From NCBI GenBank assembly GCA_963702475.1, contig CAVPCT010000002.1, positions 32,001-96,000 of the forward strand: DNA of 64,000 bases. Reading direction: 5' to 3'. This DNA is from an uncultured Thermoleophilia bacterium (lineage in GTDB: Bacteria > Actinomycetota > Thermoleophilia > UBA2241). Positions 30,516-40,246 of the stretch are shown here, in pieces (the first letter of the stretch is position 1; the number at the start of each line of letters is the position of its first letter). Below the pieces are notes generated by a model. The model saw nothing but the letters and a program-made list of their open reading frames with translations. It made no database searches and had not been told where the DNA came from. A program made the position numbers and the translations under genes.

Positions 30516-31664
30516 GTGACGCCGCCCGGGCCCGTGCTTCTCACGCCGCCTTTCGAGCAGGGGCCGATACGCCCGCCGAGCGAGGCGCAGAGCCTGCTCG
30601 TGCGGGTCATCCGCAGTTGCACCTGGAACCGCTGCACCTTCTGCCCGGTGTACAAGGGGACCAAGTCGTCGTTGCGGCCGGTGGAGGATGTGCTCGCCGA
30701 CGTGGAAGCGATGGCGGCGGCCGCGGACGTGCTGCGGCGCGAGGGCCTCGCGCCACTGCGCGACGAGCGACTGCCCCGCGAGGCGTACCAGGTGGCGCTG
30801 TTCGTGCGCGCGGGGGAGAGGACCGTCTTTCTGCAGGATGCCGACCCGTGCGCGGTGAAGCCGGACAAGCTCGCCGCCGTCATCCGCCGGGTGAAGCAGC
30901 GCTTCCCGGCGGTCGAGCGGGTGACCACGTACGGGCGTGCGGCGACGCTGGCGCGGCGCACGCCCGAACAGCTGGCCTTGCTCGTGGAGGCCGGCCTCAC
31001 GCGCGTGCACCTCGGCCTCGAGTCCGGCGCCGACGAGGTGCTCATGGCGGTCGACAAGGGCTGCACCAGTGGGGACCTGGTCGCGGCCGGCGAGAATGTC
31101 GTGCGCGCCGGCCTCGAGCTGTGCTTCTACCTGATGCCCGGCCTGGGCGGGCGCGCGGCGGCTGCCGCGCACGTCGCCGGCTCCGCCGGCGTGATCAGCG
31201 CGGTGGCCGCAGCCGCGCCCGCGGAGCGCCCGCTCGTGGTGCGTCTGCGCACGGCAGCCGTGGCACCGGGCACCCCGCTCGCCGACCGCGAGGCGGCCGG
31301 CGAGTTCGTGCTGCCCGACGACGTGGAGGTGGCGCAGGAGCTCCACGATCTCCTGGAGCAGCTCGGCGAGGTGCGCGTGGAGCTGCGCTCCGACCACGTC
31401 CTCAACCTGATGCAGGGCCTGGAGGGCTCGCTGCCACGCGACCGGGAGCGGCTGCTGGCCATGCTCGACGAGTACCTGTCGCTGCCGCGTGACGAGCAGG
31501 CCCGGTTCGCCATCGGCGTGCGCCTGGGCCTGTTCCGCACGCTCGCCGACCTGCGCGACCCCGGCCGGTCCGCCGCGCTCGAGCGGCAGTTCGACGGCTA
31601 CGAGCAGCCGTCCGCCGACGAACTGCTCGAGGTGGCCGCCTCGCTGCGTTCGCGGCATATCTGA
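30516..31664 (+). CDS. Radical SAM protein
   Basis: GPIRPPSEA, CTWNRCTFC (CX4CX2C variant), GLESG, SDH. Confidence 0.88.
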   Translation: MTPPGPVLLTPPFEQGPIRPPSEAQSLLVRVIRSCTWNRCTFCPVYKGTKSSLRPVEDVLADVEAMAAAADVLRREGLAPLRDERLPREAYQVALFVRAGERTVFLQDADPCAVKPDKLAAVIRRVKQRFPAVERVTTYGRAATLARRTPEQLALLVEAGLTRVHLGLESGADEVLMAVDKGCTSGDLVAAGENVVRAGLELCFYLMPGLGGRAAAAAHVAGSAGVISAVAAAAPAERPLVVRLRTAAVAPGTPLADREAAGEFVLPDDVEVAQELHDLLEQLGEVRVELRSDHVLNLMQGLEGSLPRDRERLLAMLDEYLSLPRDEQARFAIGVRLGLFRTLADLRDPGRSAALERQFDGYEQPSADELLEVAASLRSRHI

Positions 31665-31702
31665 GCACCGCCGGCGCCTTCCAAGGAGGAGCGGCGGGGT
31701 CC

Positions 31703-32383
31703 TCAGCCGCCCTCGCCGCTCAGGTCTCCCGTGAGGTACCGCTGGATGGTCGGCCCCAGCGCCGCCACCAGCTGCTCGCGCGGGGCTGAGGCCAGCGGCT
31801 CGATGCGGGTGATGTAGCGGGCCATCGCGAGGCCGATGAGCTGCGTGCCGACGAGGGTGGCGCGCAGCCGCGCGTCGGGCACGCCGAGCGCTTCGGTGAT
31901 GGGCCCGAAGATGCGCTGGCCGAGGTGCTCCCGCACCAGGTCCGAGGCGACCTCGTTGGTCATCGCCGAGCGCACCATGGCGACGAGCGGCGCGCGCGTC
32001 TCCTGCGGCTCCCAGGTGTCGAGGAAGGTCCGCACGACCGTCGCGCCCATGCTGCCGGCGTCCTCGCGCATCACGCGGCGCACGACCTCGCCGGGTTCGG
32101 CGTGGAAGGTGAGTGCGGCCGAGAACAGCTTCTTCTTGGCGTCGAAGTAGTGGAGCACGAGGGCGGGATCGACCGCGGCGCGGGCGGCGATGCCGCGGAT
32201 CGTGGCGCGGTCGTAGCCGAGCGCGGCGAACTCGAGGCGCGCGGCCTCGAGAATGGCCTCGCGCGTCTGGCCTTCGCCCGGGCGGCGCCCGCTGCGCCCG
32301 CCGCCCGCAGCGGCCTTGGGCTGCTCCTGCCCTGCCGCGTGCGCCTCAGGGCGGGCGGACCGTCTGGGTGCGGAGGCGCTCAT
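31703..32383 (-). CDS. TetR-family regulator
   Basis: GRRPG..TREAIL.AA..FA..GYDRATIRGIA..A.VDPALV.HYF. Confidence 0.92.
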   Translation of the reverse strand: MSASAPRRSARPEAHAAGQEQPKAAAGGGRSGRRPGEGQTREAILEAARLEFAALGYDRATIRGIAARAAVDPALVLHYFDAKKKLFSAALTFHAEPGEVVRRVMREDAGSMGATVVRTFLDTWEPQETRAPLVAMVRSAMTNEVASDLVREHLGQRIFGPITEALGVPDARLRATLVGTQLIGLAMARYITRIEPLASAPREQLVAALGPTIQRYLTGDLSGEGG

Positions 32384-34140
32384 TCCGCCTGGGCCGCCTC
32401 CGCCACGGCTGCCTCGGCCTCGGCAGCGCTGTTCGCGCCCGGGCCGGGCTCTCGCCGCTCCCCGGGCGAGAGGTGGTCGCCCTGGTGCTCGCCGAGCCGG
32501 CGACCGGTGAGGGCCGCGGGCACGACGGCCAGCAGGGCCGCGACCGCCGCGGCGTAGAAGGGCCAGGTGAATGCGCCGGCGACGTTGTCACGGTAGATCG
32601 TGCCGATCGCCTCCGTGAGCTGCGCCTGCGTCTCGGCCATGGCGCTGCCGGCCGGCGCCTGCGGCGCGTCCTGCAGTGCCGCGTCCATGCCGGACAGGCC
32701 GCTACCGCTCGACTGCGCCTGCTCCGCGGCCTTCACGATACCGGCGGCGATCGCGTCGCGGGCCACCGCCGGCAGCTCCGTCTGCTGCTGCACGTACTTG
32801 ACGGCCTGCTTCGTCGCCGCCCGCCCCGCGTCCACCACGGTGTGCGAGAAGATGGCGACCACGATCGCCAGACCGAGCGAGAACCCCACCTGGCGTAGCG
32901 TGTTGAGCGAGCCCGACCCGACCCCGGCCACCTCGGGCGGCAGCGACGCCATCGCCGCCGCCGACAGCGTCGGCATGGTGAATCCCATGCCGGCGCCGAT
33001 GAAGACGGCCCGCCAGGTGGCGTCCCATACCGTCGACTCGCCATCCAGCTGCGCGAGCAGCGCGAGACCGACGAAGAAGAACAGCGCTCCGATGACGGCC
33101 GGCGCCCGCGGCCCGATGCGGTCCACCAGGCGTCCGACGATGGGGGCGACGATCAGGGCAGTGAGGGGCATGGGCGTCACGGCCACCGCCGCCTCCAGCT
33201 CCGTGTACCCGAGCACGTTCACGAGAAAGAGCACCAGCAGGAACATGGACGCTCCGATGGCGGCGCCGATGAAGAACATGGCCGTGTTGGCGGCGGTGAA
33301 CGAGCGGATGCGCAGCAGGCGGAAGTCGAACATGGGCGACCGCGTGCGTCGCTCCCACCACACGAACAGCGGGTAGCTGACCGCGGCCGCGGCGAAGAGG
33401 CCGAGGACGGCCGGGGAGGTCCAGCCCCACCCGTTGCCCTGGATCAGCGCGAGCACCAGGCAGAAGAGGCCGACGGCCGAGACGAGGATGCCCGGCAGGT
33501 CGATGCCCTCCGCGCCGCGGTTGGGGCGGCGCTCGGGGATGATCCACAGCGCCATCACGATGGCGAGGATGCCCACGGGGATGTTGACGAAGAAGATCCA
33601 GTGCCACGACAGGTACTGGACGAGGAGGCCGCCGAGGGTGGGGCCGACCGCGGCGGCCACGGTGCCGAGCGCGCCCCAGAGGCCGACGGCAGCGCCGCGC
33701 TGCCGGGGCGGGAAGGCGGCGATGAGGATGGCCAGCGAGATGGGCGCCAGGGCGGCGCCGCCGATGCCCTGGCCGATGCGAAAGACGACGAGCCACTCGA
33801 TGGTGGGGGCCAGACCGCACAGCAGCGAGAACAGCGTGAACAGCACGAGGCCGGCGTAGACGAACACACGCTTCTGGCCGTACTTGTCGGAGACGCGGCC
33901 CATGGAGAGGAAGAGGACGGCCAGCGCCAGGCTGTAGGCGTTGATGACCCAGGAGACCTCGGTGACGCTCGCGTCGAGGTCCTCGATGATCGCCGGGATG
34001 GCGATGTTGACGATGGTCACGTCGAGCAGGGCCATGAACATGCCGAAGCTGACGGCCACGAGGATCCACCACTTGCGGGGGTGGCCCTGAGGGAGGCCGG
34101 CCGGCCCGGCGCCGAACGGGGCGGGGGTCGGGTCGTTCAC
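32380..34140 (-). CDS. MFS efflux transporter (DHA2/EmrB-QacA family)
   Basis: FMALLDVTIVNIAIP, GRVSDKYG, WHWIFFVNIPVG. Confidence 0.93.
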   Translation of the reverse strand: MNDPTPAPFGAGPAGLPQGHPRKWWILVAVSFGMFMALLDVTIVNIAIPAIIEDLDASVTEVSWVINAYSLALAVLFLSMGRVSDKYGQKRVFVYAGLVLFTLFSLLCGLAPTIEWLVVFRIGQGIGGAALAPISLAILIAAFPPRQRGAAVGLWGALGTVAAAVGPTLGGLLVQYLSWHWIFFVNIPVGILAIVMALWIIPERRPNRGAEGIDLPGILVSAVGLFCLVLALIQGNGWGWTSPAVLGLFAAAAVSYPLFVWWERRTRSPMFDFRLLRIRSFTAANTAMFFIGAAIGASMFLLVLFLVNVLGYTELEAAVAVTPMPLTALIVAPIVGRLVDRIGPRAPAVIGALFFFVGLALLAQLDGESTVWDATWRAVFIGAGMGFTMPTLSAAAMASLPPEVAGVGSGSLNTLRQVGFSLGLAIVVAIFSHTVVDAGRAATKQAVKYVQQQTELPAVARDAIAAGIVKAAEQAQSSGSGLSGMDAALQDAPQAPAGSAMAETQAQLTEAIGTIYRDNVAGAFTWPFYAAAVAALLAVVPAALTGRRLGEHQGDHLSPGERREPGPGANSAAEAEAAVAEAAQAE

Positions 34141-35750
34141 GCGGGCGTCCTTTCGGGTGGATGGAGGTACGTGCCGCTTCCGGCGCGCACCATGCCGACG
34201 AAGGTCTCCTCGAGGGTCGCCGGGACGACGCGCAGGTTGGCCGTGAGGCCGGCGGCGTCGAGCGCCACACGCACGGCGTCGGGTCCGGCCTCGGGCACAC
34301 GCAGCGTCTCACCGACGAGGGCGGCATCCAGGCCGGCGCGCTGCAGGGCCGCGAACGCGGCCTCCCAGCGCGCGCAGCGCACCTCGACCGCCTGGCGGGC
34401 GCCGACGATGCGCTCCTGGGTGCCGTCGGCCACGACGCGTCCGGCGTCCATGATGACGAGCCGGTCGCAGTAGACGGCCTCGTCGAGGTGGTGGGTCGTG
34501 ACGAGGACGCCGGCACCGCCGGCCGCGGCCTGCGCGACGGATTCCCAGAGCCGCCCCCGCGCGCGCGGGTCCACGCCTGAGGTGGGCTCGTCCAGGACGA
34601 GCAGCTCAGGCCGGTGGGCGAGCGCCGCCGCGAAGGCGAGACGGCGGCGCAGTCCGAGCGGGACGCTTCGGACCAGGTCGTCCCGGTGCGTTTCGAGGTC
34701 GGGTTCGAGGCGCGGCGCGGCGTCCCCGAAGGCCCGTGCCGCGAAGCCGAGGTTCTCGGCCACGGTGAGATCCTCCCACAGGCCGAGGCCCTGGGGCACG
34801 TAGCCGAGGCGCAGGCGCGTCCGCCGCGACGGGCGCAGCCCGAACAGGCGGACGGCGCCCGCTGTGGGTCGCAGGAGCCCCAGCAGCAGGCGGATCAGCG
34901 TGGTCTTGCCGGCGCCGTTGGCGCCGAGCAGCCCGACGACCTCGCCCGCTCGGACCGTGAGGTCCACGCGGTCGACGGCCGTGGCGGCGCCGAAGCGGCG
35001 GACCACGGCCTCCGCTTCGGCCTGCGGCCGCCCGGACGCGGGGCACGGCCCGGATTCGCGAGTCGCGTCGGTCCGCCCCGGCGCCGCGGCGGCTCCTCCG
35101 CCTCCCTCCGGGCCCGCTGCCACCTCGTCCGGCGGGCCGGCGGCGACGGCGCGTCCGTCGTCGAGGAGGAGCACGTACGCGGCGCGCCGCGCCTCGTCCG
35201 GATAGGTGGTGGAGACGAGCACCCCGGCGCCGCCCGCGGCGGCGCCGGCGATCAGCCGCCACAGCTCGGCCCGGCTCACTGGGTCCACGCCCGTGGTCGG
35301 CTCGTCGAGCACGAGCAGGTCCGGGCGGTGCAGCATGGCGAGCGCGAAGGCGAGCTTCTGCTGCATACCGCCAGAGAGCTTGCCGGCGAGGCGGCCGTCG
35401 ACTCCGGTGAGTCCCGCGCCGGCCAGCAGGAGCTCGCGGCGCGTGGCCAGCTCGCCGGGCGGCACGCCGTAGGCGCCGGCCACGAAGTCCACGTTCTCCT
35501 TCACCGTCAGGTCGGTGTACAGGCCGGATGCGCCCGACACGTAGCCGAGGCGCTCGCGTCGCGGACTCCGCACCGCGCCGCTCGCCGGCCGGGTCACGCC
35601 GGCCAAGGCGCGCAGCAGCGTCGACTTGCCGGCGCCGTCGCCGCCGATGACGGCCGTCACGGCGCCGGCCGGCACCTCCAGCGACACATCGTCGAGCGCG
35701 AGCCGACGACCGTATCGCACACTGACGTGGTCCAGGCCCCACGCGCTCAC
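34137..35750 (-). CDS. ABC-2 type transporter ATP-binding protein with two ATPase domains
   Basis: GGDGAGKS and GANGAGKT, DEPTTGVDP and DEPTSGVDP; GTG start overlaps the permease stop. Confidence 0.9.
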   Translation of the reverse strand: MSAWGLDHVSVRYGRRLALDDVSLEVPAGAVTAVIGGDGAGKSTLLRALAGVTRPASGAVRSPRRERLGYVSGASGLYTDLTVKENVDFVAGAYGVPPGELATRRELLLAGAGLTGVDGRLAGKLSGGMQQKLAFALAMLHRPDLLVLDEPTTGVDPVSRAELWRLIAGAAAGGAGVLVSTTYPDEARRAAYVLLLDDGRAVAAGPPDEVAAGPEGGGGAAAAPGRTDATRESGPCPASGRPQAEAEAVVRRFGAATAVDRVDLTVRAGEVVGLLGANGAGKTTLIRLLLGLLRPTAGAVRLFGLRPSRRTRLRLGYVPQGLGLWEDLTVAENLGFAARAFGDAAPRLEPDLETHRDDLVRSVPLGLRRRLAFAAALAHRPELLVLDEPTSGVDPRARGRLWESVAQAAAGGAGVLVTTHHLDEAVYCDRLVIMDAGRVVADGTQERIVGARQAVEVRCARWEAAFAALQRAGLDAALVGETLRVPEAGPDAVRVALDAAGLTANLRVVPATLEETFVGMVRAGSGTYLHPPERTPA

Positions 35751-36862
35751 GCCGGTGTCTCCGTCTGCGCGCGGCCGGCCGGGCCCTCTTCCGGGCCCCG
35801 GCCGGCCGCCGGCGCCAGCTCGCGGCGGAACCGCAGGGTCGACGCCGTGAACACCACGGCCGCCATCACCGCCAGGACCACCAGCGGGACCCAGAGGGCG
35901 TCCAGCGGCGCGCCGCGGACCATCACGCCGCGCGCCACTTTGATGAAGTACGTCAAGGGGAGGATGTAGCCGATCCAGCGCACCGCCCACGGCATCGAGT
36001 ACAGAGGGAAGAACAGGCCGCTCAGCAGGAACTGCGGCAGCAGCGTCATCATGGCGAGCTGGATGGCCTGGCCCTGCGTCTGCGACACCGTGGAGATCAG
36101 CACGCCGATGCCGAGCGTCGTGAAGAGGAAGAGGGCCGCGCCGAGCGCGAACACCGCCACGGAGCCGCGGAACGGTACGTCGAACAACAGCATGCCGGCC
36201 GCCACGACGATGAGCATGTCGATCGCGGCGATGACGAGGTACGGGGCGATCTTGCCTACGAACACGTCACGCGGACGGAACGGCATGACGGCGAGCTGCT
36301 CCATGGTGCCGGCCTGTCGCTCACGGACCACCCCGAGCGCCGTGGCCACGGTCCCGACGAACACCAGGATGATGCCGCACAGGCCCGGGATCATGATCAC
36401 CGCCGTGCGCAGCTCCGGGTTGAAGAGGATCCTGGGCCGGACGGCGCCGGCCGCCCCGAGGGACCCGGCACCTCCGGACCCGCTCGCCTGCGCCGTGGTC
36501 TCCGCCAGGGCGCGGAGCGCGGCCTGGGCGGCGAACAGCTCCGTACCGTCCACGAGGAGGAGCGGTGCGCCCCCTTCGGAGGAGGTCACCACCGCGGCCA
36601 CGGCCCCGCCGCGCCGCAGGGAGTCCTCAGCCTCCTTCTCGCCGGCGTCAGGCCGGACGTCCACCACGCTGAATTGCTCCGGCAGCAGTGCGGCGGCGAT
36701 GCGCGCTCCCGGCCCGGCGACCAGCGTCGGCACTTCTTTGATGTCGAAGCTGGCCGCGTACCCGAACACGACGAGGAACACGAACGGCAGGAGGAACAAC
36801 ATGGCTACGGTGCGGCGGTCCCGTCGCAGCTGGCGGAACTCCTTGAGCGCGATGGCCCACAT
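35747..36862 (-). CDS. ABC-2 type transporter permease
   Basis: KEFRQLRRDRR, RERQAGTMEQL, LPLTYFI. Confidence 0.92.
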   Translation of the reverse strand: MWAIALKEFRQLRRDRRTVAMLFLLPFVFLVVFGYAASFDIKEVPTLVAGPGARIAAALLPEQFSVVDVRPDAGEKEAEDSLRRGGAVAAVVTSSEGGAPLLLVDGTELFAAQAALRALAETTAQASGSGGAGSLGAAGAVRPRILFNPELRTAVIMIPGLCGIILVFVGTVATALGVVRERQAGTMEQLAVMPFRPRDVFVGKIAPYLVIAAIDMLIVVAAGMLLFDVPFRGSVAVFALGAALFLFTTLGIGVLISTVSQTQGQAIQLAMMTLLPQFLLSGLFFPLYSMPWAVRWIGYILPLTYFIKVARGVMVRGAPLDALWVPLVVLAVMAAVVFTASTLRFRRELAPAAGRGPEEGPAGRAQTETPA

Positions 36863-36896
36863 CGGCGCGGCTCCCTTCGGCCATGGACTCAGAGAT

Positions 36897-36943
36897 AATT
36901 CAACGCCCGTAGAATTCTACATGCGTTGAATTGTGAGTGTCAA
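36897..36943 (-). promoter_or_regulatory. Tandem TetR-type operator overlapping promoter TTGACA-N18-TAGAAT of the efflux operon
   Basis: AATTCAACGCCCGTAGAATTCTACATGCGTTGAATT (36897-36932) is two overlapping AATTCWAC-N4-GTWGAATT palindromes; -35 at 36943-36938 and -10 at 36919-36914. Confidence 0.7.
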
Positions 36944-37166
36944 TTGCCGAATCCGACAAGATTCGGCACCCCTGCGCACGTGTGGGCGGACCTGTGCGAG
37001 GCCGTGCGCATTGCCGAATCAGAAACGTCGACGTGCGTCCGTCTTCTCCTGCCCTTGCTGGCAAGTTCGCCGGTCTGGTAGGTTTCACTCCCCCGACGGC
37101 TCCGCCGGCCGCCGCGGGCAGCCGCGGCACCCGTGCTTCGCCCCGCGGCCCCGGAGGGAGGCGCAG

Positions 37167-38201
37167 GTGTCCCGCAGTCACTCGTATCGTGTGCTCGCCG
37201 CCGCCGCGCTGGCCGGCCTCGTGCTGCTCGCCGCCGTGGCCGTGGCCTCGTCCCTGCCGGAGACCCTGCGCGCCGCGGAGGCCCAGCTTCTCTCGGCGCG
37301 CGCGCAGGCTGAGCGGCTCGCGGCGCAGATCGCCGACCTCGACGCCGGTATCGCCGCGGCCGCCGACAGGTGCGGCCGGGCAGGCGACCGGCTCCGCGAG
37401 TCCCGCGAGGACATCCGTGTGAACCGGCGGCTGCAGGACACGGGGCGCAAGGACCTGGCCGAGGCCCGGGCGACGCTGGCGCAGCGCGCCGTGGCTCTCT
37501 ACAAGCAGGACGACATCTCCACGCTCGCCGCCATCCTGAGCGCCGACGACTTCGCCGCGATGGTCGGCCACCTCTCCCTGGTGCACGAGGTCGTCAGCGC
37601 CGACAAGGACATCCTGCGCAGGGTCGAACAGGCTCAGCGCCGCCTGCAGCGACGGGCGGCGGCGCTGGCCGCGGACGAACGCGCCGCCGCGCGCCTCGTG
37701 CGGCGGCGCGACCGCGAGCTCGCCGCCATCAGGGCGCAGCTCGACGAGCGGCAGGCGCTCCTCGACAGCACTCGCGCCGACATCCGGCGGTTCGTGGCGG
37801 CGCAGACCGCGCCGGCGCCGGTCGCGTCCCGCGCCACGTCGAGCGGTGACGCCTCCGGCGGCAGCACCGGCGAAGGCGCCGGCGGCGACTCGGCCGGGGG
37901 CAGCGGACCGTGGTGGCCGCTCATCGAACAGGCCGCCGGGGTGAACGGCGTGAGCGCCCGCGGCATGTACCGCCTCATGATGATCGAGTCGGGCGGCGAC
38001 GCCTCGGTAGTCGGCCCCGGCGGCTTCTTCGGTCTGTTCCAGTACGCGCCGACCACCTGGAAGGGCTCGTGGAACCCGTACCGCGGCCACAGCATCACCG
38101 ACGGTGCGGCGCAGATCAAAGCCACGGCGCTGGCCATCAAGCTCGGCTACGGCCACGCGTGGTGGGACCCGTCGTACACCTACGCGTTCGGCGGAGGGTG
38201 A
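37167..38201 (+). CDS. Secreted coiled-coil (PcsB/CwlO-like) protein with C-terminal lytic transglycosylase/Rpf-like domain
   Basis: Signal peptide, long coiled coil, IESGG...GLFQY..TTW; GTG start after GGAGG. Confidence 0.8.
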   Translation: MSRSHSYRVLAAAALAGLVLLAAVAVASSLPETLRAAEAQLLSARAQAERLAAQIADLDAGIAAAADRCGRAGDRLRESREDIRVNRRLQDTGRKDLAEARATLAQRAVALYKQDDISTLAAILSADDFAAMVGHLSLVHEVVSADKDILRRVEQAQRRLQRRAAALAADERAAARLVRRRDRELAAIRAQLDERQALLDSTRADIRRFVAAQTAPAPVASRATSSGDASGGSTGEGAGGDSAGGSGPWWPLIEQAAGVNGVSARGMYRLMMIESGGDASVVGPGGFFGLFQYAPTTWKGSWNPYRGHSITDGAAQIKATALAIKLGYGHAWWDPSYTYAFGGG

Positions 38202-38854
38202 ACACGCCACTGCTGATGCTCGACTACGACGGTGTCGTGGTCGACTCGTTCGAGATCTTCTCCGCGGCGTTCCTGCTCGGTTGCCGGCGCGAAGGCCTCG
38301 AACGCGTCGCGACGCAGGACGACGTGCTCAACCTGTTCGCCGGCAACGTGTACGACAGCATGCGTGCCGCCGGCGCCGACGACGCGCAGGTCGTCCGCGT
38401 GGTCCGTGCCTCGGCGGACGCCATGCGGGTGGCCATGCCGGCTCTGCACCCGTTCCCTCTCATGCCCGCGGTGCTGGGCGAGCTGGGCGAGGCCAGGCAC
38501 CTCGCCGTGGTGACCTCCAACACGGCGGACGTGGTGGCGGCGTTCCTGCGGCGCCACGATATCGCCGGCGTCGCCGAGGTCGCCGGGGCGGAGGCCGGGC
38601 ACAGCAAGGTCCGCAAGATCGAGGAGCTCATCGGGCGCTTCCCGGGGCAGGACGTCTACTGGTTCGTGGGCGATACGGCGGGGGACATGCGCGAGGCCCG
38701 GCTCGCCGGCGCAACGCCGGTGGGCGTCGCCTGGGGCTGGCACGGGACGGACCAGCTGGAGGAGGCCGGTGCGGAGCGCATCGCGCAGACGCCGGCCGAC
38801 CTGCTGGCCATCGTGGCGCCCGAGCTGACCGCCGACTTTCTGGGCTCGGGCTGA
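38198..38854 (+). CDS. HAD-family hydrolase (phosphoglycolate phosphatase-like)
   Basis: DYDGVVVDS, VTSN, VGDTAGD, VAWGW. Confidence 0.88.
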   Translation: MNTPLLMLDYDGVVVDSFEIFSAAFLLGCRREGLERVATQDDVLNLFAGNVYDSMRAAGADDAQVVRVVRASADAMRVAMPALHPFPLMPAVLGELGEARHLAVVTSNTADVVAAFLRRHDIAGVAEVAGAEAGHSKVRKIEELIGRFPGQDVYWFVGDTAGDMREARLAGATPVGVAWGWHGTDQLEEAGAERIAQTPADLLAIVAPELTADFLGSG

Positions 38855-38918
38855 CGGCGGCACCCGGCTGCCGCGGCCCCTCCCGGCATGTCGCCACCGC
38901 TTCGGGCGGCTCGGTGCG

Positions 38919-40067
38919 TCAGCGTCCGCGAGCGCGCGCGCCGGTCTCGCGGTGTGCGCCGGCGGCGCGGCCGTTGCCGCCTGCCACCGGGGCCGACTCT
39001 CCGCGCAGCCCGTACATGCCGGGCCCCCGGTCCTCGAGGACCGGGGAGTAGGCGACCCGGTTGTTGAAGCTCGAGCGCTTCATGCCTGCGGCCAGGCACA
39101 GCTGCTCGAGCTCGTGCCGTTCCATCACGCCTCCGTGGGCCTGGAGCAGGCGCACCAGTGTGAGCTCGGTGGTCTCGAGCACGTCCGCAAGCGGCACCGG
39201 AAGGACGAGGCGCACGCGGTCGTCCTTCACGACGAACCCGGGGACGCGCTCGCAGAGCTCCCCGAGGATGTACTCGGGCATGACGAACTCCTTCATGCGC
39301 TCGTCGCGTCGCACGCCCGCGTGCAGGTCGGCGAGCGTGGCGTCTCCGGCGATGCTGAGGATCTTGACGACTCGTGTGACCACGGCGTTCCTTGCCACCG
39401 ACGGCAGGCAGAACCAGCCGGTCCGCCGTTCGAGCCAGACGAAGTCGGACGGCTCTGATACGACGGCGAGCACCAGCTCGTCGTCCACCCACACGCCGAG
39501 GTTCGCCGCGACGCGCCCCGTGACGTCGCTCACGCGGGCGGCGCCGGCCCGCCGCACGATGGCGCGCGCGGTATCGACGATCGCCGCGATCACCTCGGAG
39601 GTGTCGGCCGTGGGGTCGGGAGGATTGGGGAGGACGACGCGCACGTCCTTGACAACGGCGAGTGTGAAGGGGGCCTCGTGTCCGAGGATCTCGGCGGCGC
39701 GCAGCAGGCCGGCGGGATCGAACGGGTGCGCGGCGATGTGCTCGTCGGCGAGACGCCGCGCGAGGTGCTTGGCCGTCGTGGGCGCGGCGTCTGCGGCGGC
39801 CAGCAGCGCGCGACGGAGCACCGGCGCCGGCACCCCGCCGCGATCGAGGTCGGCACCGGCGCGGATGCGCGTCGCCAGCCGTTCGCAGAGCTGCCGCACG
39901 CGTTCGCGTGTGATGCCACCGAACTCGCGGCCGGCAGCCTCGAGCGTGATGCCGCCGTGTCCGTCCCAGCCCCACTGGCGCACGCCCACGCGGGCCGTGC
40001 GACCGGGTTCGGCGCGCTCGGCGACGGCGGCGAGCTCGGCCTCGAGCGAAGGGGAGGAGGGTTCCAC
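38919..40067 (-). CDS. Hypothetical DNA-binding protein with N-terminal sigma-70 region-4-like HTH
   Basis: TLEAAGREFGGITRERVRQL; C-terminal G.YGLRG motif. Confidence 0.7.
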   Translation of the reverse strand: MEPSSPSLEAELAAVAERAEPGRTARVGVRQWGWDGHGGITLEAAGREFGGITRERVRQLCERLATRIRAGADLDRGGVPAPVLRRALLAAADAAPTTAKHLARRLADEHIAAHPFDPAGLLRAAEILGHEAPFTLAVVKDVRVVLPNPPDPTADTSEVIAAIVDTARAIVRRAGAARVSDVTGRVAANLGVWVDDELVLAVVSEPSDFVWLERRTGWFCLPSVARNAVVTRVVKILSIAGDATLADLHAGVRRDERMKEFVMPEYILGELCERVPGFVVKDDRVRLVLPVPLADVLETTELTLVRLLQAHGGVMERHELEQLCLAAGMKRSSFNNRVAYSPVLEDRGPGMYGLRGESAPVAGGNGRAAGAHRETGARARGR

Positions 40068-40246
40068 GCGCTCAGGATACACCAGGCGTCTCGCCGTCCC
40101 ACACCCGAGCGGCGCCTTGTCAAGGCGCGGCCGGGTGCACGGCGGCCCTCGCCCCGGGGCGTGGGCAGAACGGCGCTCTCCCACCCCCGCGGGCGGTGCA
40201 CTATGATGGGCGTCGGATACTGACGGCCGCACCCCAGGGGGAGCCG

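Noticed and set aside
30516-31664. Radical SAM enzyme as maturase for the Nif11 peptide, or as PylB
   Set aside because: It is about 19 kb from the peptide, has no SPASM or RRE domain, and belongs to the common RPPSEA/CX4CX2C subfamily, not the BioB/PylB type.
36945-37166. c-di-AMP (ydaO) riboswitch upstream of the Rpf-like hydrolase
   Set aside because: It starts with GCCGAATCC but lacks the GGGGAACC, GGGTGAAT and CCCGTCAGCTAACC elements. A promoter-like TTGCTG-N18-TAGGTT at 37055-37084 leaves only a short leader.
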